From Bacteroidales bacterium (lineage in GTDB: Bacteria; Bacteroidota; Bacteroidia; Bacteroidales; UBA12481), in assembly GCA_041658425.1 (NCBI GenBank), contig JBBAAF010000002.1, forward strand, positions 57,156 to 121,155: DNA of 64,000 nt. Direction: 5' to 3'. The position numbers were made by a program, and so were the translations under genes. Positions within the stretch are counted from its first letter, which is position 1, and every line of letters begins with the position of its first letter. Below the pieces are notes generated by a model. That model made no database searches. It saw nothing but the letters and a program-made list of their open reading frames with translations, and had not been told where the DNA came from. Shown here in pieces: positions 19,901 through 26,938 of the stretch.

Positions 19901-20139
19901 TTACGGTAGCCTATTGATGAGAACACCAGGATGCCACCCTGACCCTGTATAGATAAAACAAACCGGCCGTCAACTCCGGTCGTGGTTCCATTTTGCGTCC
20001 CTTTTACCAAAACGGTTGCTGTTGGAATAGGCTGCTTATCTGCCGCAGAGGTGACTATTCCGGTCAATTGACGTGTCTGGCCGAAGAGAGTACCGGCAAA
20101 AAACACCGCCAACAGTACAAAAAATAGTTTTTGCTTCAT
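16939..20139 (-). CDS. SusC/RagA-family TonB-dependent transporter (no STN domain)
   Basis: 1066-aa ORF with a signal peptide. Carboxypeptidase-regulatory-like domain (GIVTSAADKQPIPTATVLVKG), TonB-box/plug region (VVVTALGIRREKKALGYAVQ) and a C-terminal barrel ending in F. Confidence 0.9.
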   Translation of the reverse strand: MKQKLFFVLLAVFFAGTLFGQTRQLTGIVTSAADKQPIPTATVLVKGTQNGTTTGVDGRFVLSIQGQGGILVFSSIGYRKLEVPITSSNNYDISLETDVINLDEVVVTALGIRREKKALGYAVQDIGNEAINAVKPTNIVSALSGKIAGVQVTNSTGAVGSSARIVIRGNHSFGNNEPLWIVDGTPMTNFASDMSAWGGQDYGNGAMDLDPSNIESMSVLKGANAAALYGSRAANGVVVVTTKRGSQPKNKLGIDLISSVTLDNVSIFPTWQNSYGGGMYGSEYDWQLKKTELGNPNLTYQDFAKKYSYNYVDGWGNGVNDSEPRSWGPRLDIGLKLDQFTGKDQLWISRPNNMKDFFETGVNLDNSIALSKSSDIGSIRVFLSNNDIKGTVYNTDLTKNTASVSGDLKLSDKWSASANLTYVNNHSNNLPSQGYDGGGDNPAATFAMFQRQVDVVPLKEHWKEIDQFGHTYSYSLGEMDNPYLSLHNTASRTRDRFFGNASLNYKIADWITLTGRIGTDYYNELRKKIKLAQCNEGNGVGNFWQTQKFAQETNADFLAMIDKKIGEDFRIDGTVGANYRLEEGHEVGLNAYNLTVPDFFTIGNIAGTPGVSQYDSKKVTNSVLGSVNFSYKNYLFLGATGRNDWSSSLPKDSWSYFYPSVSMGFVFTDAFKIDSKIFSYGKVRASYAQVGNDTGPYQIAATYNSIGSPWNGVSMFSLPGTLPPVGLKPEIAGSVEAGLDMRFFNNRVKLDISYYDLKTRNQIMPVDIATSAGYSSMLINAGEIENKGVEVIFSASVIQSKGGFNWDLTLNWAKNNNRVNELYGDLESLWISDMWSSYIEARPGEPYGVIMGQKWLRDDQGNLVITSAGLTQNAPGNFELGNITPDWIGGLQNNFSYKGFNLGILIDGRKGGDIISGTKFWGTRFGNTSLTLNDPFTGATNVRETGIVVPGVLADGTPNTKRVTAQKFYNQYARTTEYWVMDGSFIKLRELSIGYTLPGKVAKKLGMYSARVSFVARNLALLYVDKTNDIHLDPETGFGTGNAGVGYEQMQIPSSRSLGLKLALSF

Positions 20140-20421
20140 GGGTTAAATTTTACTTGTTTAAGTTTCTGACTATTCAACACGCTAAACTATCCTTAAGCAA
20201 AGGGAAAATAAATCACTTTGTTACCATCTTCATGTACTATCTTTGCACCGAGCCAGTGAACAATTTTGTGTAAACGAATAGCTGCCTGTTTAGCCGATAC
20301 TTACCCTGGATCATTCCTTTTCTTGTCGACTGAGGTTGGCATTTTTTTTGTTTTTTCCAGTCAATAGCCAATGATAGTCTGATGCCGTAATATTCTTTTA
20401 AGGATAAACATTCTAATCTGG

Positions 20422-20450
20422 TTTGGAAATTGAAAAAAGTTTTATTTTTA
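20422..20450 (+). promoter_or_regulatory. Candidate Bacteroidota sigma-A promoter (-33 TTTG, -7 TAnnTTTA)
   Basis: TTTG at 20422-20425 and TATTTTTA at 20443-20450, 17 nt apart, about 33 nt upstream of the lacI-like ATG. The -7 box misses the consensus at its last base. Confidence 0.3.
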
Positions 20451-20452
20451 CA

Positions 20453-20473
20453 CGCGTAAGTTACCGCGTAAGT
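20453..20473. promoter_or_regulatory. Direct repeat CGCGTAAGT x2 (period 12) containing the dyad GTAAGTTAC; candidate operator
   Basis: Copies at 20453-20461 and 20465-20473, ending 10 nt before the lacI-like start codon. Confidence 0.3.
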
Positions 20474-20482
20474 AAATTTAAA

Positions 20483-21368
20483 ATGAAACAAATTACGCAA
20501 GAAGATATCGCCCGGAAACTAAATGTCACCCGGATCACAGTGTCGAAAGCACTGAGGGATCATCCTGATATATCGGCCGCTATGAAGAAACGGGTGCTAC
20601 AGACCGCCGATGAGATGGGCTATTTGCCGAATCAGATTGCACAACAGTTAACCACCCGGACCACCAAAACCATCGGGGTGATTGTTCCCGATCTCGAAAA
20701 CAGCTTTTTCAGCCACGTGGTGAATAGCATTATCGATGCGGCAACCGATCGCGGTTACCAGATTTTACTCGCGGTGTCCAGGGAAAATGAGGAAATCGAG
20801 AAAAAGAACATCCGGAACCTGAGTGGTGTTCGATGATGACAAAGGGGTTCGCATGGCCATCGACCGGCTGGTTGTTGCCGGCTATTCACGTATCGCACAT
20901 TTTGCGGGGTATTCAACGACCAATATCGGAAAAGAAAGACTCGGGGGGTATAAGGCTGCCCTGATAAATAACAGCCTTATTGTCCGTGACAAGTGGATCA
21001 TTGAAGGAGGTTTTGAGCTGAACGACGGATATCATTCGTTCATGAAACTGTACGAACGGCATAATTTGCCGGAAATCGTACTAGCGGTAAACGACCGGGT
21101 GGCATTGGGCGCTTATAAAGCCATCAGGGAGCTGGGATTGCGCGTGCCTGAGGATATCGGGGTCGTTGGATTCGGCTTTACCGAAACGGCCGAAATGTTC
21201 AATCCTCCCTTATGCGTGATCAGTCAGGATCCCCGAAAAATGGGCCATCTTGCTGCCAACCGCCTCATGGATGAAATTCAGTCTTCATCAGTTTCAGGAG
21301 AAGAAATCAGAATTGATGAGACTTTTCAATGGAATAGTTCAGTTAAACAAAAAAATAGAGTGCAATGA
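20483..21368 (+). pseudogene. LacI-family regulator disrupted by an internal deletion and frameshift
   Basis: The HTH and early core (MKQITQEDIARKLNVTRITVSKALR ... IRNLSGVR stop at 20836) lie in one frame. The rest of the core (VFDDDKGVRMAIDRLVVAGYSRIAHFAG ...) lies in another frame starting at 20823. About 40 aa normally found between these blocks are missing. Confidence 0.75.
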
Positions 21369-22360
21369 AAAGAGTAGTTGTTACCGGTGCCGGTGGATTT
21401 ATCGGCGGTCACTTAGTAAAGGCCTTGATAGCAAAAGGTTATCACGTTCATGGTGTAGATAAGAAGCCGCTTAATCAATGGTATCAGGTTACCGAAGAGG
21501 CCGATAACCTGGTGCTCGACCTCACCACCAAAGAAAACTGCTATCAGGCGGTGAATGGATATCATGAAGTATTTAACCTCGCGGCCGATATGGGCGGGAT
21601 GGGTTTTATCGAAACCCACAAAGCCGATTGCATGTTGAGCGTTTTGATTAATACCCATTTGCTGATGGCGGCCCGGAATAAGGGGATCGACCGTTTCTTT
21701 TATGCTTCATCCGCCTGTGTATACAATGCTTCAAAACAAACAGACACCGATAATCCGGGACTACGCGAATCTGACGCTTATCCCGCTATGGCCGAGGATG
21801 GATATGGTTGGGAAAAGCTGTTCAGCGAGCGGATGTGCCGCCATTTCCATGAAGACTATGGAATTATTGTCAGGGTCGCCCGTTTTCACAATGTCTATGG
21901 ACCATACGGCACCTACGACGGCGGCCGGGAAAAGGCTCCCGCTGCCCTCTGCCGGAAAGTAATCGACGGGGAACTAAACGGGGTGAAGGACATCGTGATA
22001 TGGGGCGATGGCCATCAAACCCGGAGTTTTATGTACATCGATGATTGCATCAAGGGAATCCTGGCGATCATGTATAGCAATATCGAGGAACCTATCAATC
22101 TGGGCAGTAGTGAAATGGTATCGATCAACCAGCTGGCCGATATGGCCGAAGAAATTGGCGGGTTCAAACTGAACCGGTCGTACGACCTGAGCGCACCGAA
22201 AGGTGTTCGGGGCCGCAACAGCAAAAACACGCTGATCAGGCACTATTTGAATTGGGAGCCCTCGATTCCATTGATGGAAGGTCTGAAAAAAACCTATACC
22301 TGGATCCGGGAGCAGATGATCGAAGCCAAAGAATCCAACAAACACGTAAGGTTCAACTGA
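21365..22360 (+). CDS. GDP-mannose 3,5-epimerase-like NAD-dependent epimerase (extended SDR)
   Basis: 331-aa ORF with a GAGGFIGGHL Rossmann motif. Long collinear resemblance to GDP-mannose 3,5-epimerases as I recall them (RFFYASSAC.Y, RFHN.YGP.GT..GGREKAPAA.CRK, WGDG.QTRSF..IDDC, GVRGRNS.N). Its ATG overlaps the lacI-remnant stop (ATGA). Confidence 0.75.
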   Translation: MKRVVVTGAGGFIGGHLVKALIAKGYHVHGVDKKPLNQWYQVTEEADNLVLDLTTKENCYQAVNGYHEVFNLAADMGGMGFIETHKADCMLSVLINTHLLMAARNKGIDRFFYASSACVYNASKQTDTDNPGLRESDAYPAMAEDGYGWEKLFSERMCRHFHEDYGIIVRVARFHNVYGPYGTYDGGREKAPAALCRKVIDGELNGVKDIVIWGDGHQTRSFMYIDDCIKGILAIMYSNIEEPINLGSSEMVSINQLADMAEEIGGFKLNRSYDLSAPKGVRGRNSKNTLIRHYLNWEPSIPLMEGLKKTYTWIREQMIEAKESNKHVRFN

Positions 22361-23496
22361 TGATACCCCCGAAGAAGGTAATGGTCAGCGGCTGCTATGA
22401 TCTGCTGCACGTGGGTCATATCGCGTTTTTCAAAACGGCGGCCGCCTATGGAAAGTTGTATGTATTTCTGGGCCGCGACGAGAATATCCGTCAACTGAAA
22501 GGCCAGGCACCCTATTTCTCGCAGGAAGAGCGCAAATTCATGGTGGGTTCGATTAAATATGTTGAGGAGGCCGTAATATCAAGCGGAATGGGAATGATCG
22601 ATTTTGCTGATGATATGGCCAGGCTCAAACCCGATGTTTTCATCGTAAATTATGACGGCGGCTCGCAGGAAAAGAAAAGGCTATGTGAAAAACTCGGTGT
22701 GGAATATGTAGTGCTCGATCGTATTCCCGAGGAGGGATTGCCTGCCCGATCAAGCTCCGAAATCAAGGAAGAGCTGAGGTTCCCTTACCGCATCTGCATT
22801 GCCGGAGGCTGGATGGATCAGCCCTGGGTATCAGAAGTCCATCCGGGTTCTGTTGTGGTTGCCCAGATCTGGCCCACCATCGAATTCAACGACCGGAGTG
22901 GCATGGCAACCAGCTCCAGAAGCGTGGCCATTGAGTTATGGGGCAATCAGCTGCCGCAAGGCGATCCACTGCGCAATGCACAACTCCTTTTTGGAGCTGA
23001 AAACTTCCAGAAAACGTATGTCTCAGGTTCCCAGGATCATATTGGATTATTAAAACCCGGTGTTAACCGGCTTTATTACCACGGAAGCTACTGGCCGGAG
23101 AAGATTGAATCATCGATTGATCCTGATATCTGCGACTGGCTGTCGAGCGTCATACATCTCGTTCCCTTACGCCCCAGATCAGAAGGCTACAACCCTTTGC
23201 TGGATAAGCATCTGGATCAGGCTATCGTTAGGGAACTCGGCGAAGCGGGTGATAAATGCTGGGAAAGCATTGTCAGAAAAGATGTAATTGGCTTGGGCCG
23301 ATCAATGAAAGAGACTTTCCTGGCCTGGAAAAAGATGCTGCCATATACCGTGCCCGACTGGGTATTGCAGGAAATGGAAACCAAATACTTTCCGTATTAT
23401 CCGGGAGCCATTACTTCCGGAAGTGGCGGCGGCTATGTGATGGTGGCATCGGAGAAAGATGTTCCCGGGGCGGTTAAAATTCGTATAAAGTTTTAA
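22360..23496 (+). CDS. Fusion protein: cytidylyltransferase-fold nucleotidyltransferase (N-terminal) plus GHMP-family sugar kinase (C-terminal)
   Basis: I place the start at the ATG at 22360, which overlaps the upstream TGA; the ORF track begins at 22252. The N-terminal 130 aa carry an HxGH motif (LLHVGHIAFF). The C-terminal part has a GHMP motif II-like SGMATSS and a motif III-like SGSGGGYVMV. Confidence 0.65.
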   Translation: MIPPKKVMVSGCYDLLHVGHIAFFKTAAAYGKLYVFLGRDENIRQLKGQAPYFSQEERKFMVGSIKYVEEAVISSGMGMIDFADDMARLKPDVFIVNYDGGSQEKKRLCEKLGVEYVVLDRIPEEGLPARSSSEIKEELRFPYRICIAGGWMDQPWVSEVHPGSVVVAQIWPTIEFNDRSGMATSSRSVAIELWGNQLPQGDPLRNAQLLFGAENFQKTYVSGSQDHIGLLKPGVNRLYYHGSYWPEKIESSIDPDICDWLSSVIHLVPLRPRSEGYNPLLDKHLDQAIVRELGEAGDKCWESIVRKDVIGLGRSMKETFLAWKKMLPYTVPDWVLQEMETKYFPYYPGAITSGSGGGYVMVASEKDVPGAVKIRIKF

Positions 23497-23727
23497 ATTC
23501 TTAATTCGAATGCACCGGAGTGAAGGACCATTTCGATGACTTGGATGAGCAAACCTGGCGTAAATGAATCAATCTTGCTCCAAATTGCATGGGATATTAT
23601 GCCGCTAAATATTGTTTAGAACGATGGTACCGATTGGGAATTCCACGCCGGATTTAAGTTTCATAGAATTCCTTCGGACAAATCTTGAAATCGTTCCTTC
23701 TTGTAGCATTATTTTTATCTTCGCCCT

Positions 23728-24993
23728 ATGCCGCGTTTCGATAAAAATAAGACACTGACCCTGAGTGATGCCATCAAGGTGACACGGCCAAAATCCTTTA
23801 TGGTCATGGCTAAACCGATTGGACCGGTATGCAACCTGAATTGCACCTATTGCTATTATCTGGAAAAGGAGAAGCTGTATACTGATACCGGCAGTTTTAA
23901 AATGACCGGTGACGTATTGGAAAGCTATATCAAACAATTTATTGAATCACAAGAAGTTCCAATCATTACATTTACCTGGCAGGGTGGCGAACCCACTCTT
24001 CTGGGGCTCGAATTCTTTATTAAAGCAGTTGAACTTCAGCAAAAATACCGCGCAAGCAAGAAAATAGAAAATGCATTCCAAACCAATGGAACCCGTTTAA
24101 CGGAGGATTGGTGCCGTTTCTTTAAAAAGCACAATTTCCTGGTAGGGATTTCGATTGACGGCCCCGCCGAAATTCATGATAAATACCGCAAATCCAAATC
24201 GGGTAAGCCAACATATCAAGAGGTAATGAAAGGGATCCGGTTATTGAAAAGATTCCAGGTGGAGTTCAACACCCTTTCGGTAATCAATGATGCCAACGTG
24301 CTGAAACCTTTGGAAGTTTACCGGTTTCTCAAGAAGATCGGGAGCGGATACATTCAGTTCATCCCGATCGTTGAACGCCGGTCAGATATCGCGCCTCCCG
24401 ATGGCCTGACTCTGGTTTCACCCGCATACAGCGATCCTGCAAAACTGACCGATTGGTCGATAAGTGCCCGGCAATTTGGAAAATTTATGACTACGATTTT
24501 CGATGAATGGGTGCGGAATGATGTTGGCAAAGTATTTGTGCAGCTGTTTGATGTTACCCTGGCCAATTGGGTTGGTGCTCCTCCCGGCCTGTGTGTTTTT
24601 GCCGAAACCTGCGGGGAAGCAGCTGTGATGGAGCACAATGGCGATCTTTATTCGTGCGATCATTTCGTTTACACTGAATTTCTGCTTGGCAACATCCTTG
24701 AAACCCCGATGGGAGAAATGATGGCATCAGGCCGGCAGATTCAGTTTGGCAAGGACAAGCGCGATAACCTGCCCCGTCAATGCCTGATGTGTGATGTCCG
24801 GTTCGCCTGCCACGGCGGATGTCCCAAAAGCCGCATCGCCACAACTGAGGGAGGACAGCCCGGGCTCAATTGGCTGTGCGAAGGGTACAAATCTTTTTTC
24901 GAATACGTTAAACCGTACATGGATTTTATGGCTAACGAACTGGCTCACGAACGCCCGCCGGCTAATATTATGCATGCTTATCCTAACCAGTAA
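23728..24993 (+). CDS. Anaerobic sulfatase-maturating enzyme (radical SAM with SPASM domain)
   Basis: 421-aa ORF with CNLNCTYCYY (CX3CX2C) and GGEPTL. C-terminal Cys clusters (CDHF, CLMCDVRFACHGGCPK) are typical of anSME/AtsB-type maturases. Confidence 0.9.
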   Translation: MPRFDKNKTLTLSDAIKVTRPKSFMVMAKPIGPVCNLNCTYCYYLEKEKLYTDTGSFKMTGDVLESYIKQFIESQEVPIITFTWQGGEPTLLGLEFFIKAVELQQKYRASKKIENAFQTNGTRLTEDWCRFFKKHNFLVGISIDGPAEIHDKYRKSKSGKPTYQEVMKGIRLLKRFQVEFNTLSVINDANVLKPLEVYRFLKKIGSGYIQFIPIVERRSDIAPPDGLTLVSPAYSDPAKLTDWSISARQFGKFMTTIFDEWVRNDVGKVFVQLFDVTLANWVGAPPGLCVFAETCGEAAVMEHNGDLYSCDHFVYTEFLLGNILETPMGEMMASGRQIQFGKDKRDNLPRQCLMCDVRFACHGGCPKSRIATTEGGQPGLNWLCEGYKSFFEYVKPYMDFMANELAHERPPANIMHAYPNQ

Positions 24994-25063
24994 TCGTTCC
25001 TTTATGGATTTCTTCTTAACCCCGGAAACAGTATAGGATATGATGGAATTTACCAATAATTTA

Positions 25064-25071
25064 TACTTTTG
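25064..25071 (+). promoter_or_regulatory. Candidate -7 promoter box TACTTTTG (TAnnTTTG consensus)
   Basis: Perfect match to the Bacteroidota -7 consensus, 20 nt upstream of the GTG start of the ECF sigma gene. No convincing -33 TTTG at the canonical spacing. Confidence 0.3.
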
Positions 25072-25090
25072 GATAAACTAACCAACTGGA

Positions 25091-25654
25091 GTGAAGACCT
25101 CTGCACAGCTTTATGAAAATCTCCTCCTCAAAAGGATAAAAGAAGAGGATAAATCCGCTTTTTCCATCCTATTTTCTGCCTATTACGCTGATCTTGTTAT
25201 GTTCTCCACCACGTTTACTCATAATAAAAGTGTTGCAGAGGAAATCGTCCAGGACGTATTCGTCCGCTTTTGGGAAGGCCGACATGCTCTTAAAATTACA
25301 GGTTCCCTGAAATCATACCTATTGAAATCTGTCCAGAATGGCTGTATTGATTGGTTACGGCATATGAAAATGCGGCATGCCTATGAGCAGTATTTTGTGG
25401 AAAACAGTTCAGCTTTTGACAACGACAACGAGTCCTATCAGCTTTGTTCTGAATTACAGGAACGGATGCAGACCGCTTTGGAACACCTTCCAAAAGAAGT
25501 GGCGGAATCCTTTCTTAAGAATAGGTTTGAGGGTTTAGGTTATCAGGATATTGCAAAACTGCAGGGTGTCTCTGAAAGAACGGTCGAGGTACGCATTGGT
25601 AAGGCGTTGAGACTGCTACGGGAACATCTCCGGGACTATTTCATTACCATTTAA
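25091..25654 (+). CDS. ECF-type RNA polymerase sigma-70 family factor
   Basis: 187-aa ORF with a GTG start. Region 2 (AEEIVQDVFVRFWE) and a region 4 HTH (LGYQDIAKLQGVSERTVEVRIGKALRLL) are present. Confidence 0.85.
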   Translation: MKTSAQLYENLLLKRIKEEDKSAFSILFSAYYADLVMFSTTFTHNKSVAEEIVQDVFVRFWEGRHALKITGSLKSYLLKSVQNGCIDWLRHMKMRHAYEQYFVENSSAFDNDNESYQLCSELQERMQTALEHLPKEVAESFLKNRFEGLGYQDIAKLQGVSERTVEVRIGKALRLLREHLRDYFITI

Positions 25655-25718
25655 AAAAAGATGATTTTTCAATGTGGTTTTTTTAGTAAGAAACGTCTTT
25701 GATATTGAAAGGAATTAT

Positions 25719-26765
25719 ATGACTGAACTGGAACAAGAAATCATTGACCGTTTAATTGGCGCCTTTTTAGCCGGGAAAATGTCAGCGGAGGAACGAACTG
25801 CACTGGAGACCTGGATCCTCGAATCCGCAGAAAACAAGAATTATTTTCAGCAGGTGAAAAATATCTGGGAAGTTGCCTGCAGTGCTACTGAATTATCTCA
25901 GATTGATACCGGAAAGGCTCTGAAAAAAACCATGCACCGCATTTCCGGAGGCTGGAGACCGGTACGAATTGTGTCCGTTTTGCAAAAAGTTGCCGCAGTT
26001 CTCCTGCTGCCCTTACTGGCAGGCGGATACTTTTTGGGAGGATACCAAATGCTGAAGAAACAAAGGAAACAAGTGATCTATCATGAGGTCACGGCTTCTT
26101 CCGGAACCAGGTCCAGTTTAAATCTGGCTGACGGAACTATCGTGTGGTTAAACTCCGGAAGCCACATCAAGTATCCGGACAGGTTCACCGGCAATAACCG
26201 GTTGGTCTATCTTGAAGGGGAGGCTTTTTTTTCCGTCAAGGCAGATAAAACACATCCTTTTTACGTAGAAACAAATAAGCTCACCCTTAAAGCTACCGGA
26301 ACCCAGTTTAACCTTATGGCCTACCCGGGCAGTTCAGATCTTCAGGTGACTTTAGTGGAAGGCGCCGTAGATGTGTTTCATTCCGGAAAGGATAAGAAGC
26401 AAGCCTTAATCGGGACTTTACATCCTAACGAGCATCTTCGGTTCGATACCCTGAGTTCAGGTGTTAGCATAAATTCCGGTGATGTGTACAAATATTTCGC
26501 GTGGAAAGATGGGAAACTGATATTCCGCAATGAATCGCTGGCTGAGGTTGTCAAGGTCTTAAACAGGCTCTTTCATGCCGATATTACCATCATGGATAAA
26601 GACATTGAGGATTACCGGTACAGGGCAACATTCCGGGAGGAATCATTAAGTGATATCCTTTACCTCCTCAAAATGTCCTCCCCTATTAAATATCGCGAGA
26701 TAGCCAGCAAGGCTATGCCGGACGGATCATTTTCAAAAAGAAATATTCTAATTTATAAGAAATAA
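25719..26765 (+). CDS. FecR-family anti-sigma factor / transmembrane sensor
   Basis: I place the start at the Met 15 codons into the ORF (MTELEQEII). One central TM helix (VAAVLLLPLLAGGYFLGGY). Periplasmic FecR domain (LADGTIVWLNSGSHIKY, EGEAFFSV). Confidence 0.85.
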   Translation: MTELEQEIIDRLIGAFLAGKMSAEERTALETWILESAENKNYFQQVKNIWEVACSATELSQIDTGKALKKTMHRISGGWRPVRIVSVLQKVAAVLLLPLLAGGYFLGGYQMLKKQRKQVIYHEVTASSGTRSSLNLADGTIVWLNSGSHIKYPDRFTGNNRLVYLEGEAFFSVKADKTHPFYVETNKLTLKATGTQFNLMAYPGSSDLQVTLVEGAVDVFHSGKDKKQALIGTLHPNEHLRFDTLSSGVSINSGDVYKYFAWKDGKLIFRNESLAEVVKVLNRLFHADITIMDKDIEDYRYRATFREESLSDILYLLKMSSPIKYREIASKAMPDGSFSKRNILIYKK

Positions 26766-26938
26766 CAACAGATTACTAACCTTTTAAACCGAACAATATT
26801 ATGGATACAGGATGAACGCTTCAGCAGCGTTGACAAAAAAAAGGAAGAGTGCTGAAACACTCTCCCTTTAGAGATAGGTCAACTCAACATTTGGACGATT
26901 AAGCCGATGAATTATTAACCTAAATACTTTGCAAAACT

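Noticed and set aside
20423-20482. ORF-track N-terminal extension of the LacI-like gene (MEIEKSFIFTRVSYRVSKFK)
   Set aside because: LacI-family proteins begin within a few residues of the HTH. The Met at 20483 (MKQITQEDIARKLNVT) fits that pattern, and the extension would run over the promoter- and operator-like elements.
23605-23937. 110-aa minus-strand ORF spanning the anSME start region
   Set aside because: It overlaps the radical-SAM CX3CX2C coding segment on the opposite strand, and nothing supports it as a gene.
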